The notes under the pieces: generated by a model
Databases searched by the model: none
What the model was told of the DNA's origin: nothing
Seen by the model: the letters and a program-made list of their open reading frames with translations, nothing else
Program-made: the position numbers and the translations under genes
Shown: positions 11,311-23,552 of the stretch, in pieces
Numbering within the stretch: the first letter of the stretch is position 1
Layout of the letters: every line of letters starts with the position of its first letter
Assembly: GCF_006345805.1 (NCBI RefSeq)
Contig: NC_043001.1
Coordinates: 51,088,001 to 51,152,000 of the forward strand
Reading direction: 5' to 3'
DNA from: Octopus sinensis
Lineage: Eukaryota
Length of the DNA: 64,000 bases

Positions 11311-11700
11311 ATAACTAATGCATGAGACCAACAGTCTGTGAGAAAGTAGTTTACAAACAACAGAAAATTTTACAGGGTGGTATCTGACTCCGCTCCAAAA
11401 AAGTGTTGTCGTATAGGGATATAGAATATCCACATTCCATGGGCCTTTGTCTTCGACGGCGAACAGTGCTTTGACATCGGAAGATGCTTGTGTTTACACG
11501 GAGTGTACAAGCTAAATGACATCTAGGGCAATCTACTGAACTGGGAATAACATTGTGTTTGCGAAAGAAATCTAGTGTCTCACTGTCATTATTAAATCGG
11601 CGAATTTCATCTTGTAATGTTGATTCACATGAATTGCAAAGTGCCATTCTATTGTTGAAGACCAAGTGTATAATACAACTTAACGCTTGTGTATTGACGA
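11305..11700 (-). mobile_element. Merlin (IS1595/ISXO2-like) transposase N-terminal fragment
   Basis: From ATG 11647: MALCNSCESTLQDEIRRFNNDSETLDFFRKHNVIPSSVDCPRCHLAC...FRC...CGYSISLYDNTFLERSQIP. This is the zinc ribbon plus TF.ERS motif typical of Merlin. Frameshifts near 11350 and stops at the LINE junction. Confidence 0.7.
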
Positions 11701-11705
11701 CTGAA

Positions 11706-11862
11706 TAGGAATGTTTGAAGACAAACAAAAGAAAAGAGTGAGAAGAAATTTGCAGCTGACTTTCTTTGGCGTTGACTGGTAGGAATATTTGAAGATAAAG
11801 AAAAAAAATGAAAAAAGGGAGAAGGAATTTTAAACTGACATTATTTGGCGTTGTGCTGCTTA
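11706..11862. repeat. Last two satellite monomers (same family as 345-7480)
   Basis: taggaatgtttgaagacaaac...ctgactttctttggcgttgactggtaggaatatttgaag...ttggcgttgtgctgct. Confidence 0.85.
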
Positions 11863-12086
11863 TTGGTTCTAGTCTTTCTCATTCGCAAAATGGGCCCCAC
11901 TTAATTTTTCTCGGATTGCTTTCAATTTTGTGTATCAATGTAACTCTGAATATTGATTACGATCAACCAATTACTTTATCCCATAAATTAAAAATCTGAT
12001 GTTATTTGGAATTAAATTTGGGAAATTTGGGCCATTTTAGCCAATCAACAGACAGCATGTCATTAGCAGCTTGTTACCATGACAAC

Positions 12087-14650
12087 CGCACGCTGGGTGG
12101 ACTTCAGTGCCTACCTGCACAGCCTGCCACGACTCTCGGCAAGAGAGGCAGAGTGCTACGAAGGTGCCATCACGGCGGCAGATGTGCGGGACGCAATGGC
12201 AGAATGCTCGAGAGACAAATCGCCGGGTTTGGATGGTCTGCCCTACGAGTTTTACAATTGTATGTCAGACTTGTTTGGAGACGTTTTGACAGCGGTATAC
12301 TGCAACTGGCAGCAAAACGGGAGCATACCCAGTTTTGTGAGTCGAGGAGCCGTAACGCTGTTGAAGAAAGATCCAAACAAGGGGGACATTATAGATAATT
12401 TTAGGCCCATCACTCTGCTCAATGCAGACCTGGAAATTTTGACCAAGGTGCTAGCCAAGAGGTTGGCACTTGTCATCGAGAAACTGGTCGACAAGACGCA
12501 AACGTACGCCGTGCCGGGCCGGAGCATCCATGACAACCTCTATCTGATGCGCTACATCATAGACAAAGTAGTTAAGGAACCTGGCATGGGTGGGGCCCTG
12601 ATCAATTTGGATCAATCAAAAGCTTTCGATAGGGTACACCATCGATACTTGGAGGCAGTCCTGAGAGCGGCTGGTTTCAGTCTCGTCTTCCGCGGTTGGA
12701 TAGCTGCTTTGTACAGAGGTATCCGTTCGGTAATTCGCGTAAATGGACATCTATCGAGACCTTTCGACATTGTACGTTCGGTCCGTCAGGGACGCCCCCA
12801 CCCCACTCGTCGCTTCTAGACGTATTGACTCTCGATCCACTACTGCGGAAGCTGGCGACTCTGAGGGGCATCCCGCGAGAATTGAGATGCGGGACGAGCG
12901 TGTCTGCATACGCGGACGACGTCACCGTCATAGTGTCAAGCCACGAGCACATCGAGCTGGTCGGCAAGACACTGAAAGACTACGAAGCAGTGACAGGAGC
13001 AAAAATCAACCGAGAAAAGTCAGTGGGCTTGCGGCTCGCCACCTGGAGAAGCAAGCTCATGCCGTCCACCAGCACCTCCATCGTGGGATGCTGGACGGAC
13101 GGCCCGGTCGAGTTGCTCGGGGTCTGGTTCGGTCCGAACCTCCAAATGGAGAAGAACTGGAACGAGATAACAAGTAGGGTGGCCACTCTCGCCCGGCAAT
13201 GGGCCGAGAGGTAACTGTCCCTAAAAGGTTGGGCGGAGGTGGCGAACACGTACATCGCGTCCATCATCTACTACCGCCTGACCGTCGTACCTTGTTCCGA
13301 CCCTACCATCACCAAACTAGAACGCATTCTCTTCCGCTTCTTGTGGAAAGGATGCGTCCCGATGGTCAGGCGATCCATTTGCTGTCAACACCCGTTAAAA
13401 GGATGGCTGGGCATGCCGTGGTTGATGATGTGCAGACACGCGCTGAGACTGCGACATCTCCGGCTCTATGTAGACGACGTGTAGTCGCCGTTTGTGAGGC
13501 ACGCTTTCCCGCAGCTCGTCTCCATGACAGAACTGCAGTCGTGGATCAAAAAGAGGCCGAGGAAGGGCGAATGGCACCACGAGTGTCGCGTTGCTCTCAA
13601 GCAACTCTGCCGTCCCTGGTCGACCTTGAGTGACTTCAACACAACATTCTATAGGGGATTAGTGGAGGGGAGGTACGACGACGATCTTGGGGCGAACCTG
13701 GGCGTCGACGAGGAATACCTGACCCGCCTGTTTGAGACGAATTTCGGGCCGGGACCTATGGACAACTTCCAGAGACCCCTGGCCTGGCAGTGCTACCGAG
13801 AAGCGCTACCCTTTCGGGATAAGCTCTATAGGCATGGCTCGAGAAACACGGGGCCGACCTGCCCGAGATGCGGTCAGAGCGACGAAACCGTTCTGCACGC
13901 AATCGTGCAGTGTCCAACAATCTCCGACCTGTGGGCTTATGTCGAATGACTGCTGTCACGTGTGGGACGTGTCGGTTTATCAGCCGAGTCTATCGTTAAT
14001 ATCGTCACGCCTCCTTCCTTCAAACGGGAAGGAAGAGCTATTTTTATTATACTTGTGGCTATGGCGAAATAATGTATCTGGTGGACGCGCCTGAAAGGAT
14101 TAGAGACAAACACTTTCCTCTCTGGTCAATCTCTCATCAACTTCTTCAAGTATCACTTGAAAAGGAAAGGGAGAGTAGAGAGGCATGTTTTGTCTAGCGA
14201 ATGTTTTAAAAAAAGATGGGTGAATGTAGCAAGGATGGCACGTATGAATGACGAAGCCATCTTGACTATGATCCGATGAACCGTAAAAATTAATACAGAG
14301 AGTTGCTTATTTGTAAAAAAAAATATATATATATAACATGTGACTTCATTGACCGAGGTTACCGTGGTCTTTTCCGTAGGTTTTTCTTTCCAGAGGGTAA
14401 ACCTCACCTGTCCTCCCCTTTACACTTTATATTGACATTTCTGTGGTAACGATCCCTATTTATCGATTTTTTCTTTTTCCTTTTATTTTTATTCCCCTTC
14501 CTTTTTTTTTTTTTTTTGCTTTCCTCTTTCTTTCCTTTTACGATCCCTTTTGATCGAAAACCAAACCCCCTATTTTATCCCCAAAAAGAAAAGCTCTACC
14601 TTGTAATTTGTCCCGTCTGTGTGCAACCCTGTGTGGCTAATAAAGAAACA
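12087..14650 (+). mobile_element. 5'-truncated Tx1-clade (L1 superfamily) LINE: RT, zinc-binding C-terminus and 3' UTR
   Basis: KSPGLDGLPYEFY, FRPITLLNAD, LDQSKAFDRV, SVRQG, AYADD, LLGVWFG and CPRCGQSDETVLHAIVQCP. T-rich 3' UTR ends gtgtggctaataaagaaaca before (TA)n. Frameshift near 12800; stops at 13212, 13482 and 13947. Confidence 0.92.
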
Positions 14651-14699
14651 TGTATATATATATATATATATATATACAGATATGTGCATACACAGAGAC

Positions 14700-14900
14700 A
14701 AACAGACACACATACATATCATCATCATCAGCATCACTTAGTATCTATATTCCATGCTGATGTTGGTTGAACAGTTTAGCAAGGATCCAATTAGTCTAGG
14801 ATTGCATCATATTCCAGTGTCTTCTGGATGCCTTACCTAATGCTAATCACTTTACTGTGTGTACTTGGGTGCTTTTTACACTATTGAAATCATCATTTAG
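14700..14900 (-). mobile_element. Degenerate RTE 3' UTR fragment ((GAT)n-tailed family)
   Basis: catcatcat...ttccatgctgatgttggttgaacag...ctggatgccttacctaatgctaatcac resembles the better copies at 35720 and 48900. Confidence 0.55.
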
Positions 14901-14949
14901 CTTGTAAGTCAACAAAACCCAAGGTAGGAAGATGTTGCCTTTGTATGCT

Positions 14950-16535
14950 AGATGGAGGTTAAGATACAAGGGATGGAGCTCTCCCCGCTTTTGTATGTAG
15001 TGGCTCTTGAGCCATTGCTTCGAAAACTGAGTGGCATCCCGAGACAACCAGGTTGTGGAATGTTGGTTTCAGCTTACACAGATGACCTCACTATCATCGT
15101 GACTAAAGTGGACCTCCTACATAAAGTAGACAAGGCCATTGAGGATTACGAGACGGTGGCAGGAGCAAAAGTTGATCATGAAAAGTCAGTTGGCTTGCAA
15201 CTCAGCACCTGGAGAGGCAAGTCGATGCCCCCAGACAGCGTCGTGAGACGTTAGACAGAGGGTCCGATTAAGTTGCTTGGGGTTTGGTTCAGACCAGACC
15301 TCCAAATAGAGAAGAACTGGGACGAGGTATCGAGCAAGGTGACCCACATAGTCAAGACCTGGTCTTGGCGGTGGTTATCCCTGAAAGGTAGGGCGGAGGT
15401 AGCCAATGTGTTTATCGCATCAGTGATCACCTACCGCCTTGCCGTTGTTCCTTGTCCTGATTCATGGTTAACCAAACTGGAAAGATATCTCTTCTGCTTT
15501 TTGTGGAGGAGCTCTGTGGCTCTACCTGGATCAATCCAAAACAGGTGTGGTCTCCGATGGCGAAACAGATGTTTCCCAGGTTCACTAGTTTCGGTGGATG
15601 GGAAACCTGGTTTTATCATAGATCGAAGTTGGGTACGTGGTTCACGGAGTGCCGCAAGGCACTACTGCTCTTTTGTCGCTTGGGCAATGCCTGCGGCAGT
15701 GGTTCTACCGCTGTTTTCTATAGAGGGTTTGTAGAGGCCGGATGCAATGATACATTATGGGAGACCCTAGGTTTCAACGATAATCAGCTGGCCAGACTGT
15801 TCCAATGTACATTTGAGCCGAAGACCCTGGATAATTTTCAGAAGTCCTTGGCATGGCAGTGTACTGTGGAGCCTTACCTGATCAGGATAAACTCTCAAGG
15901 CATAGTGGCTGGGACACCCTGATCTGACCAAGATGTGGGCGGGACAGGGAAACCATCTCGCACGTGATTGTGCAGTGTCCGGAGGTGTCAGATATGTGGG
16001 TTTTTGCCAAACAACTGTTGTCAAGTGGAGGAAGAGCACAGCTATCGACTGAATCTATAGTGAAAATTAACCCGCCGGATTTCTTAACGAAAGAATGTAA
16101 GAATTGTTTTCTCTCTGTGGTAGCAACTGCAAAACAGGTAGTATGGAAGACAAGGATGAGAGGGTTGATGTCAGGCAACTTCATCTCTGGTCCTGGCCTG
16201 GTGAATTTTTTTCGTATTTCACCTAAAGAGACAAATAGTGCTGGAGAGGAGGTGCCTGAGTAAGAAAGTGTTCGATGAAAGATGGAAGAATGTTGTGTAT
16301 AAAAGGTCCCTTGTTGATGCGAGATAAGCTAAAAAACCGAGGTCAGGGATGAGGCGGAGTCCATGGTGTCCGAAAAAATCCCCGCCCCACTCCATTTGTA
16401 AAAACGTCCCTCGTGTTGTTTAATCATTCGTTTATATATAATCATGTTAAATTTTTAATCGACCCCAAATTGCTCTGTATCATTCGTGATTGTGTTGTCG
16501 TTTTCTTTGTCTAGTCCTTAATGGATAATAAAAAA
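14950..16535 (+). mobile_element. Second, more decayed 5'-truncated Tx1-clade LINE
   Basis: QGMELSPLLYVVALEPLL, AYTDD, LGVWFRPDLQIEKNW, LSLKGRAEVANVFIASVITYRL and IVQCPEV are collinear with the 12087 copy. Ends at ...ggataataaaaaat. Confidence 0.88.
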
Positions 16536-16684
16536 TCATAGAGGAGGTTTTTGTATAGGAGTCTTCACATTTGGGAGAGAGAGAGAGAATGAATTAAAGG
16601 TATCTCCAAGGTGATAGACAGTGGTGTTGTGGAATCTAGGTGGCACCTCAGGTTGCAGGAACAGTATTGGGTGATTGATATATA

Positions 16685-16902
16685 TCGAGCTGGCAGAAAC
16701 GTTAGCACACTGGGCGAAATGCGTAGCTGTATTTCATCTGCCGTTACGTTCTGAGTTCAAATTCCGCCGAGGTCAACTTTGCCTTTCATCCTTTCGGGGT
16801 CAATAAATTAAGTACCAGTTACGCACTGGGGTCGACGTAATCCGTTTGTCTGTCCTTGTTTGTCCCCTCTGTGTGTAGCCCCTTGTGGGTAGTAAAGAAA
16901 TA
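16685..16902 (+). mobile_element. tRNA-derived SINE, family B (Tx1-like tail)
   Basis: gagctggcagaaacgttagc...gagttcaaattccgccgaggtcaactttgcctttcatcctttcggggtc...ccccttgtgggtagtaaagaaa followed by (TA)n. Confidence 0.85.
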
Positions 16903-16948
16903 TATATATATATAGAGAGAGAGAGACACACATAAACAGACAGACTGG

Positions 16949-16996
<48 letters not shown>

Positions 16997-17021
16997 CAGA
17001 TAGACAGACAAACAGACAGAC

Positions 17022-17100
<79 letters not shown>

Positions 17101-17101
17101 C
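16949..17101. repeat. (TAGA/CAGA)n tetranucleotide microsatellite
   Basis: Direct reading. Confidence 0.95.
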
Positions 17102-17224
17102 AAATAAAGTTGACTGATGATTACAATGTGATGCTTTTGGCAATTTCTATCTATTTTGTACATTACATTCAGAACAAAAGATTAAAAATAAATAAAATAA
17201 AATAAAACTTACTTCTATTTGCAG

Positions 17225-17353
17225 TATCATCGCCAACCGTGATTAAATGCCCCTCTGACAAGCTGTATATATCTAAGCCCTGGAGTACTCTGAAGTGGAA
17301 CAAACCAGAGTTTAAAGATGTTGACAGAGTTATTTCTAATTATAAACCAGAAG
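17225..17353 (+). CDS. Host gene exon A: first half of HYR domain
   Basis: tttgcAG|...|GTacgt, 129 nt, phase 1-1. SSPTVIKCPSDKLYISKPWSTLKWNKPEFKDVDRVISNYKPE follows the HYR P.I.CP.D...W..P pattern. Confidence 0.8.
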
Positions 17354-18725
17354 GTACGTTTAATATTTATGATTCTTCTAATAATTTTCTGTTTGATAAT
17401 AACACATTTCATGGAAAACTAAGATTTTTTTTGTATGTGTGGTTAAGAAGTTTGCTTCTAGCCAGGTGGTTTCAGGATCAGTCTCAATGCTTGGCATTGG
17501 AGCATGTGTATTTAACAATAACACAAGCTGGCTATGAAAACCCATTGTATAAATTTATGTGTGTTTGCATTTATGTAAGTCTGTGTGTGTGTGTGTGTGT
17601 ATGTGTGTGTACGTGTACACGTGTGCATACATGTGTGTTTGTGTTTGTGTATGTGTATATGAATGTGTGACTGTCTCATCTTGACACCGTGATAGTCAGG
17701 AATGAGCAGCAATGTCACATATTTTGGGAAAACACTTGTAAGCTGACAGTGTAAGAATCGATGTCTCATCATATGGAGAAGCAGCTTTGTAGGTGTTTTA
17801 TCCCCTTCCACTGTGACACTATATATGCCAAGGGCCACTCACTGAGGTAGGTGACAAAGCTCCCATACCATGGCACAAGTTTTGTTGTGTCAGATTTTGT
17901 GACTCTGGGCCAGATGTTTCTGCTATGCACAGTGCTCGTTCTTGCTTTAATACTCGTCTTCTTTCTTGAGTCATGAGCAGCAATATCATATAAGTAGTGT
18001 AATTTATTTTCAATTTTCCACGAAAATGTGGAGGACAATGGGAAAAATTACCTTACTTGAAATAGATGAAGGCTGGTGACAAGGAAGGCATCTGGCCTTA
18101 GAAATTCTGTCTCAAGGAATTTTACCTAACTCATACAGTAATGAAAAAGTGGACGTCAAACTGAGTTAAAAATGTCAGAGAGGGAAGAGCAGTGCCCATG
18201 GCCTTATATTTTTTGCAGGGTCTTGGAGACTGGTGGAAAGAAGGGAAGAAATTATCCTTGAACCAGAGACCAAAACCACCCAACTGTTTACAACAAAGTG
18301 AACTCCAAGAACATTAAAAACATTAAGAACCAGAACAAATATCGTTTATTTACTTTTTCTGTTTTGGTGAGAGCAACCAGTATTTGAACTCAGAACATAG
18401 AAATATAGAATAGATACTGTGAAGCATCTCCACCACACCAGCACCAGCACCATCATCATCTCCACTATTATCACCACAGGCATTATCATCATAACACTGA
18501 TATTAAGATCAACACCCCCATTGCTACTGCTGCTATTGTCACCATCAATACCATTACTACCACTACTGCAACTACCCACTGCCACTACCACCACTAGTAC
18601 CACAGCTACCACCACCACAACACTAAGAATATTAGACCTACCACCACACAATCTCTGTATCACCCACCTATATAAACACTACATTAAACGTTGTTAAACA
18701 TAGCCCATTTTATTTATACTTTCAG

Positions 18726-18821
18726 TTACCAATTTTGATTGGGATGACTATACTGTGATCTACATTGGTTTTGACCAATACAATTCATCAGCTGTGTGCA
18801 CTTTCAGAATTTTTAACCACC
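18726..18821 (+). CDS. Host gene exon B: second half of HYR domain
   Basis: ctttcAG|...|GTaagt, 96 nt, phase 1-1. VTNFDWDDYTVIYIGFDQYNSSAVCTFRIFNH follows the HYR V.Y...D...N...C.F.I pattern. Confidence 0.85.
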
Positions 18822-18881
18822 GTAAGTACAGTACATATAGACATGTTTTGCACAGTATATATACATACATATATAATATAT

Positions 18882-19049
18882 TATAAGTAGAAAGATATAT
18901 TTTTCAACACATAAGTACTGATAGAACAGCATATTTAGGATAAAATCTTTACAGAGCATAAAAATCTGTCAGCAATCAGCCCTGATTTTATCCTATATAT
19001 ACAGTTCTATCAGTAATTACGTGTTGAAAAATATATATTTCTACTTATA
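18882..19049. repeat. AT-rich foldback (MITE-like) element
   Basis: ~65-bp imperfect inverted arms: tataagtagaaagatatat...aggataaaatc and gattttatcct...atatatttctacttata. Confidence 0.7.
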
Positions 19050-19105
19050 CTACAATACATTTCAGTGCTTCAAAAACAAACTTATGTTTGTTTACGTTTG
19101 ATGTA

Positions 19106-19144
<39 letters not shown>

Positions 19145-19411
19145 TAAAGAGGTGGCATTGCATCAGTGTGTGTATTGTTATTATTGATGTAATGACCCTC
19201 CCAAGACATCAGGATTTATTTCAACACATGAATTCACATCAAGAATATTGCAAACCTAATACAAAAATAAAGCAAAATAAATAAATGTTTTCTCACATTA
19301 AACTTCATTATCATTTAAAAGGTTTGTATTTGCATATTCTTTATTTCAAAATCTTGTTCTTCTTCATATTTAGCTGATGCACAATATTTTAATTTTTACT
19401 TTATTCAACAG

Positions 19412-19615
19412 AATTTGAATGTAAAAAACCAAGTGATCCATTTGAAGGCACGCAACATTGTTGGACAGAAAATGATTCACTGCTGTGTAAGCCAAAATGT
19501 AATGATGCTAGTCATAAATTAGTATTACTTGGACCCAGTTTTTATGCCTGTGGTCCTTATCACATGTGGGGCAAGCATAACCAGTCAGTTCCTTTCAAAT
19601 ATCCACCTTGTTCAG
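19412..19615 (+). CDS. Host gene exon C: Sushi/CCP-like domain
   Basis: ttcaacAG|...|GTgagc, 204 nt, phase 1-1. QFECKKPSDPFEGTQHCWTENDSLLCKPKCNDASHKLVLLGPSFYACGPYHMWGKHNQSVPFKYPPCS has the C..P..P..G, C...W and P.C pattern with six Cys. Confidence 0.85.
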
Positions 19616-19764
19616 GTGAGCTGAGATACTTTTATTGTATTTTTGATACTTGTGACACTTGTTAGGATACTTGTGACAGAATATAGATACTGTTGCTTTG
19701 GGTTCAAACCTTCTTACAGTTATAATATATTTATACTGAAATTAATTAAAATTATATCTGAGGT

Positions 19765-19816
<52 letters not shown>

Positions 19817-19914
19817 GTGGGAAGAGTGATAACAGACCCAGATAATCAATTGGTCAAGGATAAAAAGTAATCAGTCCAAAGATTTAACCCTTTCTATTAT
19901 TTCTAATCCCCTTT

Positions 19915-20245
19915 CATTTATGGATTCCATGGACAGCGAGGCTCACCAATGGAGAAGTTCTTAACCAGATCAATCCAAAACTGTCGCTAGAATATAGGAT
20001 CACCAAGCATAGATTGACATATTTTGGTCATATTATGCGGAGAAAATCCATGGAGAAGGACATCATGCTTGGAATTGTCAGTGGCAAGAGAGGAAGAGGC
20101 TCACCAGGAACCTGCTGGCTTGACACCATCAAGAGTGACACAGGAATGGACATAGCCAATCTGAAAGAAGTGACCCAGGATAGAACTGGCTGGAGAACAC
20201 TGATCCATTGAGTAACCAAGAGTCGACTTCGACTGAGTGGATAGA
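19915..20245 (+). mobile_element. 3' end fragment of an RTE-clade LINE
   Basis: LTYFGHIMRRKSMEKDIMLGIVSGKRGRGSPGTCWLDTIK...QDRTGWR is the canonical RTE C-terminus. Confidence 0.8.
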
Positions 20246-20442
20246 TAGATTATTTCTAATAAGTTTCTAATGGGTAAACTGATTGTGTGTTTCAATTAGT
20301 TTGCAATATAATCAAGACTCAGAAGAGGTGGTAAAATATCTAACTTCATATATATACTGCTGCATATATTATGCTAAAGCAGGCTCACTGAAATGTCATG
20401 ATCTAATTCTTTAAATTTTTAACAGAAATTCTAATTAAAATA

Positions 20443-20590
20443 TGCGGGCATGGCTGTGTGGTTAGGGAGCTTGCTCCCTAGCTACATGGTTTCGGGTTCA
20501 GTCCCACTGCGTGGCACTTTGGGTAGATGTCTTCCACTATAGCCCCGAGCCGACCGGAGCTTTGTGATTGAATTCGGTAGGTGGAAGTTA
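20443..20590 (+). mobile_element. SINE family A head fragment
   Basis: ggctgtgtggttagggagcttgctcc...gggttcagtcccactgcgtggcactttggg. Confidence 0.7.
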
Positions 20591-20999
20591 CTGCCGTGTG
20601 TGTATGTGTGCGTATAGCTGCTCAGTGCCTCTCCGAAAGAGAGAGAGGGAATATGGGATTACTCTGGCAGGCTGGTAATTTTGCAGCCATTTATTTCTGC
20701 TGAAATATTTTGCCTTAATTTCATTCCTTTAAAAAATAATGAAGAATGTAATAAAATAACCTTATCATTATTAAGTTGGTGTTTGGGACATAAATTGAAA
20801 TATAATTTTGATGTAAGTCATTTAAAACAAAACGTTTGTATCATAAAACCAAACCAAAAGCAGTCTCAGGTGGATTGGTATCAAAAGGTTTAACTAAAAT
20901 ACGAATCATGCATGCTGTGAGGAGATAAAGCATTAGCTAAAGGACTAATGTTAATTTCATCTCATCTTTGGTGTGCACAGTGCAACTTTAGGTAAAGAT

Positions 21000-21250
21000 A
21001 AAGTTACATCCCGGTGTCATGCCAACTCCTAAGCTGGTTTCCTGTTTTCCATGGCATATAAATTCCCCACATGGACAAGACAAGACACCAGTTCATCACA
21101 GGATTACTTATTTTTGCCAGCTGAGTGGACTGGAACAATGTGAAATGAAGTGTCTTGCTCAAGAACATATTGTGTTGCCTGGTCTGGGAATTGAAACCAC
21201 AATCTTATGATCATGAGTCCAACATCCTAACCACTTAGCTATGCACTACT
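21000..21250 (-). mobile_element. tRNA-derived SINE, family C (partial); a second core copy lies at ~21617-21675
   Basis: Minus strand gctaagtggttaggatgttggactc...ttcttgagcaagacacttcatttcacattgttccagtccactcagctgg. Related plus-strand copies at 44290 and 45760. Confidence 0.65.
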
Positions 21251-23189
21251 ACACAGTGCAACTTTGGTAATGTTTCAATTGTGTTAGGCTTCCTTAGCAA
21301 AGTATATTCTTTTCTAGTACTCGCTAGTGATTCAATTGACTGTGAAAGTAATTAATTATTTCCAATATTTGATATAATAATTTCTAATATTTGCATATGG
21401 CCACAATTTTTAGGAGGATGAAGGATGGGTGGGGAGAGAGCAGTCAGTTATAGATATCAACCTCAAAACTTGACTAATATTTATATTATCAAGCTCAGAA
21501 AAATCCTGGCAGGGTTTGAATTCAGATGGAAAGGCATGTTGTTAAATACCACAAGGCATTTAATCCACCACTCTACCATTTCAGTCACTCACCATCCTGC
21601 TTTTATTTTAATACTAATTTTTGCCAGCTGAGTGGACTGGAACAATGTGAAATGAAGTGTCTTGCTCAAGAACACAAAGCTAGAGTCTCAGTGTTGCATT
21701 GGGGGTTGAAAGAGCTCTTTCTGTTCTTTACTTTATTGATTCCCATGTGCACCAGGGTTCAATTCTGTCCCCAACTCTTCTCTTTCCATGCACGAATGAT
21801 CACCCACTCTTACATTGGTGATGCAACCTTTTGTTCTCCCTTCACCTTCCCCAACCAAGTATCATCTGCTTGCAACCTAGACTCCATTCACCAAATCTAT
21901 AACAACCCTATAAATGAAGATATTGAAAGCATTCTCATATGAGGAAAAGACCAAACTTATTTCTTTGAAGAGGAAAAAACCCTACAAATATTCATATGAA
22001 GAAAATATCAAGAAAACACCTTGCTTTGAATATAAGCAGCAATTCAGGTAGAGCGCACACAATTATTCTAAATTTTAGCTCTCACTACAATCAAAGAGCT
22101 GTTCTGATAAAAATACATACTTATATTCAGGTAGGATCACATGTCAACAAGTAGCTCTTCTTTCAGGACCTGAAGATATATAAACTTCTAACAATTATTG
22201 ATATTTTACAAATCTCTGGTGATGCTCTCAATGGAGTATTGTTCCATATCTAAAATGGACACACATTTTCTACCACATCCAAAAACGTACCAGCCAAATT
22301 GAGAGACACAAATTTACTCATAGACATATTCCAAACTCTTGCTGATAGGCACACTATTTTTTCTCTCTGTCTTCTGCCCTACCACTATAATAACTTCTCT
22401 TCTTTGGAAGTACTTAGGGTCATACCACCATCTCTTAGGTATTTCTGGTCAATTCATCTTTCCTTCTCTTGTCACTCTTATAGTGTCTAATCCACTCAGG
22501 CTCCACACTAGCATTTTACACCTAGTCCTTCTTCCCCAGAATGTCAACCATCTGGAACTTCCACTTTGCTCATATCTTTAATGCCAGCATTGATTTTCAA
22601 TGGATGAAGAGAAACATTGATAGCATGAATCTTACTAGTCTTAGAGGATTGACAAAGACTGTGTGTGCTACTTGTCTCCAGACACAAGATTCAGCATTCA
22701 AAAAAAAAAAACTAAACAGAAAACTGAAAAAGTACATGAATGGTACTAAATATAGTTTTGTGCAAGATTAATCAACATGAATAAAATCATCAACAAAGTA
22801 CTATTTATATAAATCAAACTACTTGCTGAGCAAACTTGTTATTTTTAATGATTATTAATACAAAAACTGGAATATGTGGTACCATTTTAATTCTGTGTCA
22901 CACATGTTTCAATACAATATAAGAATTACATTTTATGAATATAAATATTAATACTAATATTAATGTATTTAATTCATAATATATCTGTATATACTTATAT
23001 AAACATGTAGAATATCTCCCATTTGTAAATTTTCAGATATAGATTCAATCTATACATTTAATGATTATATATTATTGGCAGTGTATCTACATGGACAGAT
23101 TAAATGGTGTTCTATCATTGAGAATCAAAGATATGGAACTTGGTCAGTTAGATCCATTTTATTCTGTCCATAGAAGGAAAGAGACTTAT

Positions 23190-23416
23190 TTAACCCTTTA
23201 GCATTCTGGTTATTCTGTCAAATGTAATGTTTATTTATTCACATTCTTTTCAACTAATCAAGCATAGACTCATAACTTTGAGATTTTGATGATGCATTTG
23301 TTTATTTTTGGAAGAACATTGCAAAGTAGGTGTGAAAGTTCAGATGCAGTTGGTCTGAACACAAAGCAGGTAGAATATTTGGGCCATATATAACTAGTTT
23401 AAATGCTGAAATGTTA
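23190..23416. mobile_element. piggyBac-type MITE (degenerate right end)
   Basis: TTAA-CCCTTTAGCATT ... AATGCTGAAATG-TTAA. Confidence 0.6.
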
Positions 23417-23552
23417 ATGATTATCACAATACAGCAACACCTCCAATGTGTTATAAAATATGCTTATTTTCATCCATGCATCAGATAAAATTATTAATGA
23501 TAACAATCTTAACTATTTCTAACAATTTTCTATTTCTCTTTTCATTTTTTAG

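Noticed and set aside
7491-11688. aagcgtta / taacgctt as terminal inverted repeats of a Merlin element enclosing the LINE
   Set aside because: Only 8 bp match, not at the satellite junctions, and no 8-9 bp TSD visible.
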